A stretch of DNA of 58,990 bases, the filler included. It is 6 parts of 6 records of this genome, joined end to end, with 100 filler letters (N's around TTAATTAATTAA, not from the genome) between each part and the next. Parts side by side here need not be neighbours in the genome. Positions count along the whole stretch, not along the records: positions 12,660 to 23,040 come from SRR31156797_5497; positions 23,141 to 29,680 come from SRR31156797_5500; 4 more parts are not named here. The stretch is one strand, 5' to 3'. Below are positions 19,729-27,525 of the stretch, piece after piece. Below the pieces are notes generated by a model. The model was given only the letters and a program-made list of their open reading frames with translations. It was not told the DNA's origin and ran no database searches. The translations under genes and the position numbers were made by a program. The first letter of the stretch is position 1, and every line of letters starts with the position of its first letter.

Positions 19729-20496
19729 ATGTTTGAAATAAATATTAACAAAAACAATTCACTAGAGGCACTACAACAACTTGTAGAACAAAACTTTTCA
19801 AAAAGCATCAACTTCCCAGATAGCTTTAATCAAAAACAACAAGAAGCATTGGAACTATTTAGACAAAGAATATATCTTGAAAAGATCATTGATGAAAGTA
19901 TCTCTTTTAATAGAGCACTTAACTTTCCAAATGAAAATAAAAAACTTCATCTTACTACAACAGCAGAAGAGCTTATTGAGGTTTTTAAACTCAGAAGTGA
20001 AGTCTACGCGCAAATAAACTACCAAAGAGAATTTCCTGATCCAATTGAAGGATTAAACTTTGATAATTTTGATATGAATTCAGGAATACTGTATTATAGA
20101 AATGAGCAACAGATCACTGGTACTATTAGAGTGATATTTGACTCAGAAAAACTATTACCATCTGAAGAGAAAATCACCTTTTCGCAAGAAAGAAAAAAAC
20201 ATAGTGTTATAGCAGAGCTCTCAAGACTCACTGTTTTAAATGAGAAAAAGTCTTTAAACTTCGAGTTTAGAGATCTAACACAAGGGGTTTATTATCTAAC
20301 CACACATAATCAAATCGATCTTATACTCTCAGGCATAAAACAAGATCACTATAAACTCTATTCAAAATTTGGAGGAATAGAAATAAAAGAAGAACTCACT
20401 GCCTATGGAAGTTTTAGTATGCCTTGTCTAATATTATCTTGGGATCCACATCAAATATCTCCATTTTTCAAAAAAGCATTTTTAAAACAAAAATAA
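19729..20496 (+). CDS. FeeM-like N-acyl amino acid synthase (GNAT/LuxI-related fold)
   Basis: EELIEVFKLRSEVY, DNFD, GTIRVIFDS--LP, AELSRL and H--LY pattern characteristic of FeeM/NAS-type acyltransferases; AAGGA RBS. Confidence 0.72.
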   Translation: MFEININKNNSLEALQQLVEQNFSKSINFPDSFNQKQQEALELFRQRIYLEKIIDESISFNRALNFPNENKKLHLTTTAEELIEVFKLRSEVYAQINYQREFPDPIEGLNFDNFDMNSGILYYRNEQQITGTIRVIFDSEKLLPSEEKITFSQERKKHSVIAELSRLTVLNEKKSLNFEFRDLTQGVYYLTTHNQIDLILSGIKQDHYKLYSKFGGIEIKEELTAYGSFSMPCLILSWDPHQISPFFKKAFLKQK

Positions 20497-20501
20497 CTGT
20501 A

Positions 20502-20530
20502 AAGTAATAGTGTTAGATACACTATTACTT
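20502..20530. terminator. hairpin between convergent genes (probable bidirectional terminator)
   Basis: AAGTAATAGTGT-TAGAT-ACACTATTACTT perfect 12-bp stem. Confidence 0.65.
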
Positions 20531-20545
20531 CAAATATTTTTTGAA

Positions 20546-21202
20546 TTAATTCACATTCCCACCATAAAAATAGTACCCAAGTCCAATTAAAAATAAAAAA
20601 TTTCCATATAAACCATGTTCAATAGTTACAAGTGCTAAAGATCTTGTTTTTAAATAAGTGCTTGCAAAGATCAAACCACCAAGAAAACTTAAAAGTGGTG
20701 CCACTGGATTGATATATAGTATATGGGCATACGCAAATACTACTGCACTCATTATCACCATCACTTTCCCCTCTCCAAAAAACACTTTAAATCGTTTAAA
20801 AAAATAACTACAAAATATAAGTTCTTGAGGTAATGCGGAAATAAGAGGATAGAGTACCAAAAGAAAAGGGATGATCTCAGGACGATAATAAAACAACCCA
20901 AACATTTTCCCTGGATCATAAAAATATATAAAAAGACTCATTCCAATGGAAGCTAGAAAAAACCGTATTAAAATTGGTCTTAGATTTCTCCAAGTTACAG
21001 CACTCCAATTCCATATCTTTTTTAAATTTTCTTTATATGTTCGCAATAAAATAAAAAGTGTATATCCACTTGCAGCCCACAAAAAAAAGAACATATACAC
21101 TGCCCATTTATTAATGATAATAATGCCAGGGATTACAATACAGATAATTAAAAATTCTACAATAAGAAAAAGTGGAGCTTTAAAAAAAGTAGCATTAGTC
21201 AT
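20546..21202 (-). CDS. CPBP/Abi family intramembrane protease
   Basis: PQELIFC, FAYAH, EHGLYGN motifs; multi-TM. Confidence 0.8.
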   Translation of the reverse strand: MTNATFFKAPLFLIVEFLIICIVIPGIIIINKWAVYMFFFLWAASGYTLFILLRTYKENLKKIWNWSAVTWRNLRPILIRFFLASIGMSLFIYFYDPGKMFGLFYYRPEIIPFLLVLYPLISALPQELIFCSYFFKRFKVFFGEGKVMVIMSAVVFAYAHILYINPVAPLLSFLGGLIFASTYLKTRSLALVTIEHGLYGNFLFLIGLGYYFYGGNVN

Positions 21203-21229
21203 CTAGAAAATATTTTTAGATCACTTGTA

Positions 21230-21427
21230 TTATTCACCACTAATCTTCTCTACAAGGTTATTTGTTTTATCTTGTAGATACTCTTTTCCATCACCATTAT
21301 AGTTTTCATCTATATCATTAGCCACATAGCCCATTCCAACGATAGAACCTGCTGCTAAAATAAAAGGTCCACAACCTGAAAACATAATAACAGTAAAAAA
21401 TATAAATATAATATGAGTAAGTTTCAA
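21230..21427 (-). CDS. small lipoprotein
   Basis: FSGC lipobox after a hydrophobic signal; TTG start with AAGGA RBS. Confidence 0.6.
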   Translation of the reverse strand: MKLTHIIFIFFTVIMFSGCGPFILAAGSIVGMGYVANDIDENYNGDGKEYLQDKTNNLVEKISGE

Positions 21428-21516
21428 TATTTTCCTTTATCGAGGATTTAAATTTAAGAATACTAACTTATAGAGGTAATGATACAGTATAGAGACTAAA
21501 ACTTCAAAATACTCTT

Positions 21517-21762
21517 TTATTCTTCATCAGATTTGTTAAATTGCCCTTTCATAGCATCAGCATATTTAATATTAAAATCATTATTTATAAAATCAAGTTC
21601 TTTTTTTAGTCTTAATAACTCTTGATACTTTTGTTTTTCATGATTTTGAGATAATAATGCATCATCATCCACCGATGAATAATTAAAATATTTTAAACAA
21701 CCAAGAGACAAAACAGTATAGATAAATACACTTATAGTGGTAGTCAAATCAAAATCAAACAT
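21517..21762 (-). CDS. small hypothetical membrane-anchored protein
   Basis: MFDFDLTTTISVFIYTVLSLGC... hydrophobic N-terminus and charged helix; the longer 22023 start looks like AT-rich intergenic read-through. Confidence 0.4.
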   Translation of the reverse strand: MFDFDLTTTISVFIYTVLSLGCLKYFNYSSVDDDALLSQNHEKQKYQELLRLKKELDFINNDFNIKYADAMKGQFNKSDEE

Positions 21763-22186
21763 AATATGCCCTAATCTAATAATCATATATGAAACGCGAT
21801 CAAAACGCAACGTACAATCTAAACCTTGGCAAAGTTTCGCTTCTTTTAAGCTGACCTGCATATCATTACAATGACTATACCCATAGTAATATCCAATACT
21901 TACGTATATAACTATAAGTTTTATACAACCTTTTAGGATAAGGCTTTTAAATTTATAGAATTCTACCACCTTATTTATAAAAATAATTTTAATAAATTCA
22001 TATTTAATAAAAAATTGTTTCAAATAAAGTTTTACTTTAAAATAGCTTTTTTTGTTCCCTTTACTATTTATAGCATAAGTAAGCCAAAGTTATGATTAAT
22101 ATAAACTTTATTAATTTTACTAGTACTTTTACTACGAATTAGTTTGATAATTTGATATAATCATATTATAGAAATAAGGAGTTATT

Positions 22187-22714
22187 ATGAATCCTAAAAA
22201 ACTATTATTCCCTTTTATATGTTTAAACCTATTATTTCTAACTTTTTTAAATGCTGAAACATTAAATGATAATAAACAACTCTCCATCCACTTAGGCTCT
22301 TATATAAAACATATAGGTGGAGGAAACCACCATGAAAACTTTAAAAATAAACTTCTTGATATAGAATATAAAGTAAGTAACTATACATCTATAATAGATA
22401 GAATAAAAATAGGTACAGTCATAAATAGTTCAGGAGATAGATGCATGATAATAGGTGTTCAAAAAACATATTATGACTTCTCTTCTAGACTCTCCGTTGA
22501 AGGAACATATACATACACAGGAGAGTTTTTCTTTCATGGTTTTAGAAATTGTGGTGATGGAGGTATCTATAAAACATTTAAAAAGAAAACTGGTGTAGGA
22601 TTTGCACCTTATTTATATCATGGGTTAGAATATGATATCACTAAGAATATAAGTTTAGAGACAGGACTTTTGTTACCACATATTTATGTAATAAGTTTTC
22701 AGCTTAATTTTTAA
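22187..22714 (+). CDS. small outer-membrane beta-barrel protein
   Basis: Signal peptide, alternating beta pattern, C-terminal Phe (SFQLNF), TAAGGAG RBS. Confidence 0.65.
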   Translation: MNPKKLLFPFICLNLLFLTFLNAETLNDNKQLSIHLGSYIKHIGGGNHHENFKNKLLDIEYKVSNYTSIIDRIKIGTVINSSGDRCMIIGVQKTYYDFSSRLSVEGTYTYTGEFFFHGFRNCGDGGIYKTFKKKTGVGFAPYLYHGLEYDITKNISLETGLLLPHIYVISFQLNF

Positions 22715-22716
22715 TA

Positions 22717-22740
22717 TTTAGGTTCGTGAAATAACCTAAA
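22717..22740. terminator. hairpin between convergent genes
   Basis: TTTAGGTT-cgtgaaat-AACCTAAA. Confidence 0.5.
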
Positions 22741-22758
22741 CATGGAGCAGTTGTGGAA

Positions 22759-22908
22759 TTATTGTTGGATAGTTTTAGCTAAAAGTAATTTAGCGTCAGT
22801 TTGTGATAATGCTACTTTTGAACAAGCATCTTCAAAAGATTCATTTTTTGATAATAGATATTTTAGTACTTCTACTTTTGTTTGTGTGTCTATTTTACTA
22901 ATTGACAT
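22759..22908 (-). CDS. 49-aa small protein, possible helix-turn-helix
   Basis: Not in ORF track. AAGGAG RBS; MSISKIDTQTKVEVLKYLLSKNESFEDACSKVALSQTDAKLLLAKTIQQ*; hairpin downstream. Confidence 0.55.
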   Translation of the reverse strand: MSISKIDTQTKVEVLKYLLSKNESFEDACSKVALSQTDAKLLLAKTIQQ

Positions 22909-23006
22909 TGTATTTCTCCTTTAAAATTTTATGTAATAAAAAGTTATTGTGTACATTTTTTATGTAGTTTGTTCAAACTATAGTGAAAAATGGCAAATAC
23001 TCTAAT

Positions 23007-23040
23007 TGGTTGCGGAAACTGGATTTGAACCAGTGACCTT
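23007..23040 (-). tRNA. 3' half of a tRNA, probably initiator tRNA-Met, truncated by contig end
   Basis: Reverse complement AAGGTCACTGGTTCAAATCCAGTTTCCGCAACCA: T-arm GGTTCAAATCC and CGCAACCA end as in tRNA-fMet; anticodon not visible. Confidence 0.8.
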
Positions 23041-23140
23041 NNNNNNNNNNNNNNNNNNNNNNNNNNNNNNNNNNNNNNNNNNNNTTAATTAATTAANNNN
23101 NNNNNNNNNNNNNNNNNNNNNNNNNNNNNNNNNNNNNNNN
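23041..23140. other. artificial contig linker
   Basis: 44 N + TTAATTAATTAA + 44 N. Confidence 0.99.
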
Positions 23141-23167
23141 GCGGCGCAAGCTGTGTGGCTTAGTCAT
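23141..23167 (-). CDS. first 9 codons of a downstream gene (MTKPHSLRR), possibly a QseC/PmrB-type sensor kinase
   Basis: ATG 2 nt after the TPR gene stop; SLRR start is common in this kinase class; too short to be sure. Confidence 0.3.
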
Positions 23168-23169
23168 TC

Positions 23170-23805
23170 TTAGTCAATAGACCCTAGTAATTTGGCTATT
23201 TCTTGCTGCCTTCCAACGTCAGCCAGTGGACGGTCTGGTCGTGGTTTGGCATTTTGGGCTTTATTTAAGTAACTCATGGCTTCTTTTTTGCGCCCGTCTT
23301 GCGCTAGAAAATCCCCGTAAAAATAGTTGGGATCAATGCCATCTGGATTGATTTCAAGCGCTTTGAGTAGCATTTTTTCCGCCATTTCATCATCACCAAA
23401 TCCAATCGGCCACCCCGGTACTTGATAGTATAGCGAACCTAAGCTGGTATACGCAGAACCATTTAACGTTTCTGGCGCTTTTTCAATAACTTGTTCTAGC
23501 AATTTTTTAGCTTCTTTCACGAGGGAAAGCGCACCGAGCCCTCCGTCTGCTCCTGCTAACGAGGCTTTGTTAATCGCCAACCAAACTTTGAGCTCTTGAC
23601 GGTTGGGGTCCTGCTTTAGCGCTTTCTCGTTTCTCTTTATCAAGTTTTCTAAACAAAATACCTGATGATCACTGTCTTTAGATTCGTACTGACATACCGC
23701 CCACTTAGATTGAATGGTTTGCAATGGATCTGGCCCTCCAGCAAAAGCCGCCGGCACAAAAACGCCCTGTAATGTGACGATTGCCACCAGTAATGTGCGT
23801 TTCAT
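23170..23805 (-). CDS. exported tetratricopeptide-repeat protein
   Basis: Sec signal (PAAFA), GSAYTSLGSLYYQVPGWPIGFGD, ALEINPDGIDPNYFYGDFL TPR pattern. Confidence 0.85.
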   Translation of the reverse strand: MKRTLLVAIVTLQGVFVPAAFAGGPDPLQTIQSKWAVCQYESKDSDHQVFCLENLIKRNEKALKQDPNRQELKVWLAINKASLAGADGGLGALSLVKEAKKLLEQVIEKAPETLNGSAYTSLGSLYYQVPGWPIGFGDDEMAEKMLLKALEINPDGIDPNYFYGDFLAQDGRKKEAMSYLNKAQNAKPRPDRPLADVGRQQEIAKLLGSID

Positions 23806-23808
23806 AAT

Positions 23809-24618
23809 TTATTTCCCCTGCATCTGGTTAATAAAGTGATGAATCGTCTCTTGTTGCTTATGAATAGAGTGCGAAACAACCCCAGGTAAAATTTGGTTTA
23901 TCCGAGCAAAAAGCTTTTCTGGCCAGCCAATCCAACGAGCCGCCGTTTCGCTTTCCAGCATATTAACCACGTACATAGCGACACGCTCGGGAGAATCACT
24001 TTTGTTACCCAACTTTTCATTCATTTGATTCACAGAGCTACTGTTTAAGCCTGTGTTTGTCGCTCTCGGAGCTAAATAAAGCGTTCGAATACCAGTGCCA
24101 TCCAACTCTCGGTCTAACGCCTCACTAAAACGTTGCAAGCCTGATTTCGCGGCACAGTAAGTGGTGTAACCAGGGAAACCAATAGAACCAAAAGTCGACC
24201 CTATGTTCAAAATGATGCCAGGTCGGTTGACCCAAGATATCGCTGCCTGAGATAGCAAAATCGGTACAGTGAGATTCAAACGAACTTCCTGCTCGACGGA
24301 AGAAGTACTCCGTTGAGCCAAAAATGAAAACTGATTGCTGCCCGCATTGTTAATCAAGATATCAATCTTATTATTTTCATGAATCAGGCTTAGACATTGC
24401 TTCTTAAGATCTTCCATCCCCGCTTCGGTGGCTAAGTCCGCAGCGATAACATGATGCTGTTCAGGATGTTGTAAGCTGTTTCTCACCGCCTCTAACTTAC
24501 TGCAACTTCTGGAGACTAAAATTAAGTGAGCCCCTTTCGCCTCAAGTGCTTGAGCAATTTCACGACCTATACCACCGGAAGCGCCGGTCAACAACACACG
24601 TTTGTTATGCAAGTTCAT
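23809..24618 (-). CDS. short-chain dehydrogenase/reductase
   Basis: TGASGGIG, NNAG, GS, YCAAK catalytic motif. Confidence 0.93.
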   Translation of the reverse strand: MNLHNKRVLLTGASGGIGREIAQALEAKGAHLILVSRSCSKLEAVRNSLQHPEQHHVIAADLATEAGMEDLKKQCLSLIHENNKIDILINNAGSNQFSFLAQRSTSSVEQEVRLNLTVPILLSQAAISWVNRPGIILNIGSTFGSIGFPGYTTYCAAKSGLQRFSEALDRELDGTGIRTLYLAPRATNTGLNSSSVNQMNEKLGNKSDSPERVAMYVVNMLESETAARWIGWPEKLFARINQILPGVVSHSIHKQQETIHHFINQMQGK

Positions 24619-24627
24619 AATGACTCC

Positions 24628-25311
24628 TTAAGCCGCATTCTCTAAAGCGGTTGAAGTTAAGTCATGCAACATTTGGCCATACAGGTGAAAAACCATGTTA
24701 GCCGAATCGATGATTGCCGCCTGATCACGCTCATCGGTTATCTGGTTCATTAACTTTTCAAACAACTGGATATGATCTTGGTCTAATTCACTGTGCGAGG
24801 TTAAGTAGCTCATCGCGCTGTCTGGTAAGCTCAGTGTTTGTTTCACTAACTTAGCGACTTGTCCGCCGACTCCGACACTCGTACCTTCAAGCACCCAAAC
24901 CATACCAAAGAAGGCGATAGGGTTGCCTCTGTCGATTTGGTGATACAAATACGCCACCATCAATTCAATGGCTGAGCCTACCTTGCCTTCACCCAAATTC
25001 GCTCTCACAAAATCTGCGTTCGCACCACACGCTCGGATATCATTTAAAATCCATTCATGATGCCCCTTTTCTTCTTCAATATATTCACCTATCGCCTGAC
25101 GCAGCCATTCATAGTTTTCCGGCAATCGTCCACCACAAGCCATAAGCAGGGGAACAGTATGTTTAACGTGGTGAAACGCTTGAGTAAGAAATGCAACGTA
25201 AGTCTCTTTATCAATTTCCCCTCGAGCACAGGCTGCAAAGATAGGTGCTTGCAACATCTGTTGCTGAGCTTGCTGAGTTTGTTTTTGTAGAGTGTCGAAA
25301 AAGGCTGTCAT
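24628..25311 (-). CDS. heme-oxygenase-like diiron oxidase (TenA/PqqC/CADD fold)
   Basis: EEEKGH ... VLEG ... HSELDQDH metal-ligand pattern; all-helical 227 aa. Confidence 0.82.
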   Translation of the reverse strand: MTAFFDTLQKQTQQAQQQMLQAPIFAACARGEIDKETYVAFLTQAFHHVKHTVPLLMACGGRLPENYEWLRQAIGEYIEEEKGHHEWILNDIRACGANADFVRANLGEGKVGSAIELMVAYLYHQIDRGNPIAFFGMVWVLEGTSVGVGGQVAKLVKQTLSLPDSAMSYLTSHSELDQDHIQLFEKLMNQITDERDQAAIIDSANMVFHLYGQMLHDLTSTALENAA

Positions 25312-25322
25312 GGCAGTGTCCT

Positions 25323-26783
25323 CTATTCAATAAATTGTGTGGTGATGGTGCATGATTCGGACTGACTTTTGTTGCCAAATCGCTCCTCAAACAGCGTTCT
25401 GATTGGACGCCCATTGCTGGTGTATAGTCCTGATATACTTCTTAACTCAGGAGCAATAATCACCCTACCGATGTGAGCATAATCAGGCAGTGTCGAATTA
25501 AGCTTTCTTAATGACTCGGTCACTTGTTCAATATCTTGGTTTTCTAATACTGCAGTTAGGGTTTTATCGCCTTCTCCAAGCACCACCATGCCAAGTAACT
25601 CAGGAAATGCTTGAGCTTCAGACTCCACCCATTCAGGAGAAATGTTGCGACCAAAAGCAGTAATGATCTGGTTTTTCTTACGTCCACTGATGACTAGGAA
25701 ACCTTCTTCATCGAGATAACCTAAATCTCCTGTTGCCAGCCACGCTTGCTCAAAAGGTTCATTCACATAACCAAGTGCGGTATTTCCTGATACCCAGATC
25801 TCGCCATCATCGGCAATGTTGACATTCACGTGTGACAACGGTTTACCAGAGGTGCCCGCCTTGTTGGCTGAAGGGGTGTTAAGACTCACCACTGAAACAT
25901 TTTCTGAAAGGCCATACCCTTCGTATGCAGGAATGTTTAACTGGTGAGCGAGCTCGATCAGCTGTGGCGAAACTCGGGCTCCGCCAATCGCAACAAACTT
26001 TAGATTTTTAGTCACCACAGGCATGGATTTGGCGGCCCCAATTAAGGCCATCAATAGCGCCGGTGTTAGCACTATGGTGCTTGGCAAATGCTGAGCCAGC
26101 GCGAACGCAAACTGTGACGCATTAAATTGGCTAGAACCGGTTAAACCCACCGTTTTTCCACACACAACAACACTGGTTGTACCTAGTAATAAAGGCACAT
26201 AAATCCCGGTTATATTTTCCAGTAAGGTGGATAAAGGCAGTATCACCATATGCTTATCACAGGTTACGTCTGTAGCAATCGTGTCAGCCAATGTTCGGCT
26301 GATATTTGCAATCTGGTCTGAGCTCAAACACACACCTTTAGGCTGCCCAGTAGAACCTGACGTGAACGTGACTTTCGCTGTTTTGGGTAATAATTCTTGG
26401 GTAGACGGACAAGGCAGTTTCCATACGCATAAACGTTCCAACTCACCAACAAGAACCGGATGCCACTGCAGCCAATCACCAATCAACACATCAGCGCCAG
26501 ATTCTCTCAGAACATGATTTACCTGTAGCTGGGTAAAAAACATCGGCACTGGAACAATCGGGATGCCCGCGTACATAGCGGCTAAATCGATGATCGCCCA
26601 ATCAACACTGTTTTCTGCACGAAAAGCAATACATTGCGGCTTCAGTTCAAGAAGTTGCTCTGCCGCTTCTCTGACTTGCAGCAACAACTGTTGGTAAGTA
26701 ATTTCACAGCTATCATCAACAAATGCGACGCTGTCTGGCGAATGCGTGGAATGGTAAACCAACGATTGCAATACACAGTTCAT
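25323..26783 (-). CDS. AMP-binding adenylating enzyme (acyl-CoA synthetase-like)
   Basis: TFTSGSTGQPKG, YEGYGLSE, ATGDLG, GRKKN; ATGA overlap with upstream gene. Confidence 0.92.
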   Translation of the reverse strand: MNCVLQSLVYHSTHSPDSVAFVDDSCEITYQQLLLQVREAAEQLLELKPQCIAFRAENSVDWAIIDLAAMYAGIPIVPVPMFFTQLQVNHVLRESGADVLIGDWLQWHPVLVGELERLCVWKLPCPSTQELLPKTAKVTFTSGSTGQPKGVCLSSDQIANISRTLADTIATDVTCDKHMVILPLSTLLENITGIYVPLLLGTTSVVVCGKTVGLTGSSQFNASQFAFALAQHLPSTIVLTPALLMALIGAAKSMPVVTKNLKFVAIGGARVSPQLIELAHQLNIPAYEGYGLSENVSVVSLNTPSANKAGTSGKPLSHVNVNIADDGEIWVSGNTALGYVNEPFEQAWLATGDLGYLDEEGFLVISGRKKNQIITAFGRNISPEWVESEAQAFPELLGMVVLGEGDKTLTAVLENQDIEQVTESLRKLNSTLPDYAHIGRVIIAPELRSISGLYTSNGRPIRTLFEERFGNKSQSESCTITTQFIE

Positions 26784-27400
26784 AGCGCACCTCCACTATG
26801 ACGAAGAGCACGTTGCTCAAACAACGCATTGAGGTGACATAGCCCCTGTTTGAGGTTGCCAGCCACAATTCTTGGCTGATACTGGTAGTAGCTGCCCCAT
26901 ATTTCGGTCGCATTAGGAACTCTTGACGGATCCGCTTGTGCCAATGTGACAGTCTCAAGCCCTAAGCGAGACATCATGGCGTACAACGGATCGGTCGCAG
27001 TGAAAATGCACCATTCGTAGCCACTTTGGACCAAGAACTCTGTCATCAATAGAAAATGAACGGCTGAAAAGCCTTTTGAGAATGACGCTAGTTGACCAAA
27101 TTCTATCAACTCACTGCGATTGACTTGATTTCCATAAACGTGACTCAACAAGGTGTCTGCTGAAAGATCCAAATACTGTTCAAGGAACAGTGGCTCTTCA
27201 CTTGCCACTCGAAAACCGCACAAAGAGCGTATTTCTTCCCCTTCCACTAAGGCCATAAAAGTGGGCATGAATGCATCCAAATGAGCATCAAAAGCAAGGG
27301 AATAGCGTGCCGAGATGTAGTGTTCAACCGCTTTTCTTTGACTATGAGTACGGTCAACGATTTCAAGCTTAAACGGATGAGATTGACGAGCATCGGTCAT
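26780..27400 (-). CDS. 'thermostable hemolysin' (delta-VPH-like) family protein, likely GNAT-fold acyltransferase
   Basis: RY--AF-A, CGFR, PLFLEQYLD, IEFGQLAS, WCIFTAT, WGSYY-YQP family motifs; start at ATG 27400 (AGAGGG RBS). Confidence 0.85.
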   Translation of the reverse strand: MTDARQSHPFKLEIVDRTHSQRKAVEHYISARYSLAFDAHLDAFMPTFMALVEGEEIRSLCGFRVASEEPLFLEQYLDLSADTLLSHVYGNQVNRSELIEFGQLASFSKGFSAVHFLLMTEFLVQSGYEWCIFTATDPLYAMMSRLGLETVTLAQADPSRVPNATEIWGSYYQYQPRIVAGNLKQGLCHLNALFEQRALRHSGGAL

Positions 27401-27446
27401 AAACAAGCCCTCTGTATTTTCTATACTGAGAGCTTATTGGGAGAAA

Positions 27447-27482
27447 CTTAAGGAATACTTAAGAACAACAACTTATCTTAAG
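27447..27482 (-). promoter_or_regulatory. PmrA/QseB/BqsR-type response-regulator box
   Basis: CTTAAG-gaata-CTTAAG at 27447-27463 plus a third CTTAAG at 27477-27482, about 47 nt upstream of the operon start. Confidence 0.65.
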
Positions 27483-27489
27483 AAAAAAG

Positions 27490-27515
27490 AAAACGCTGCT
27501 CGAAAGCAGCGTTTT
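27490..27515 (-). terminator. rho-independent terminator of the helicase gene
   Basis: AAAACGCTGCT-CGAA-AGCAGCGTTTT perfect stem with T-run on the minus strand. Confidence 0.85.
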
Positions 27516-27525
27516 AAAATGGTGA

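Noticed and set aside
21763-22023. Riboswitch or long N-terminal extension upstream of the small membrane protein
   Set aside because: No recognisable riboswitch consensus by eye, and the translated extension is low-complexity AT-rich sequence; an Rfam scan would settle it.
22742-22924. Plus-strand 60-aa ORF in the track
   Set aside because: Antisense to a better-supported minus-strand ORF with a strong RBS.
19729-27400. Functional link between the FeeM-like synthase and the Vibrio 'hemolysin' operon
   Set aside because: They lie on different contigs from different organisms; proximity is an artefact.
26780-27400. Calling this a TDH/TRH-type virulence toxin
   Set aside because: No signal peptide, no resemblance to TDH that I can see, and an enzyme-operon context.
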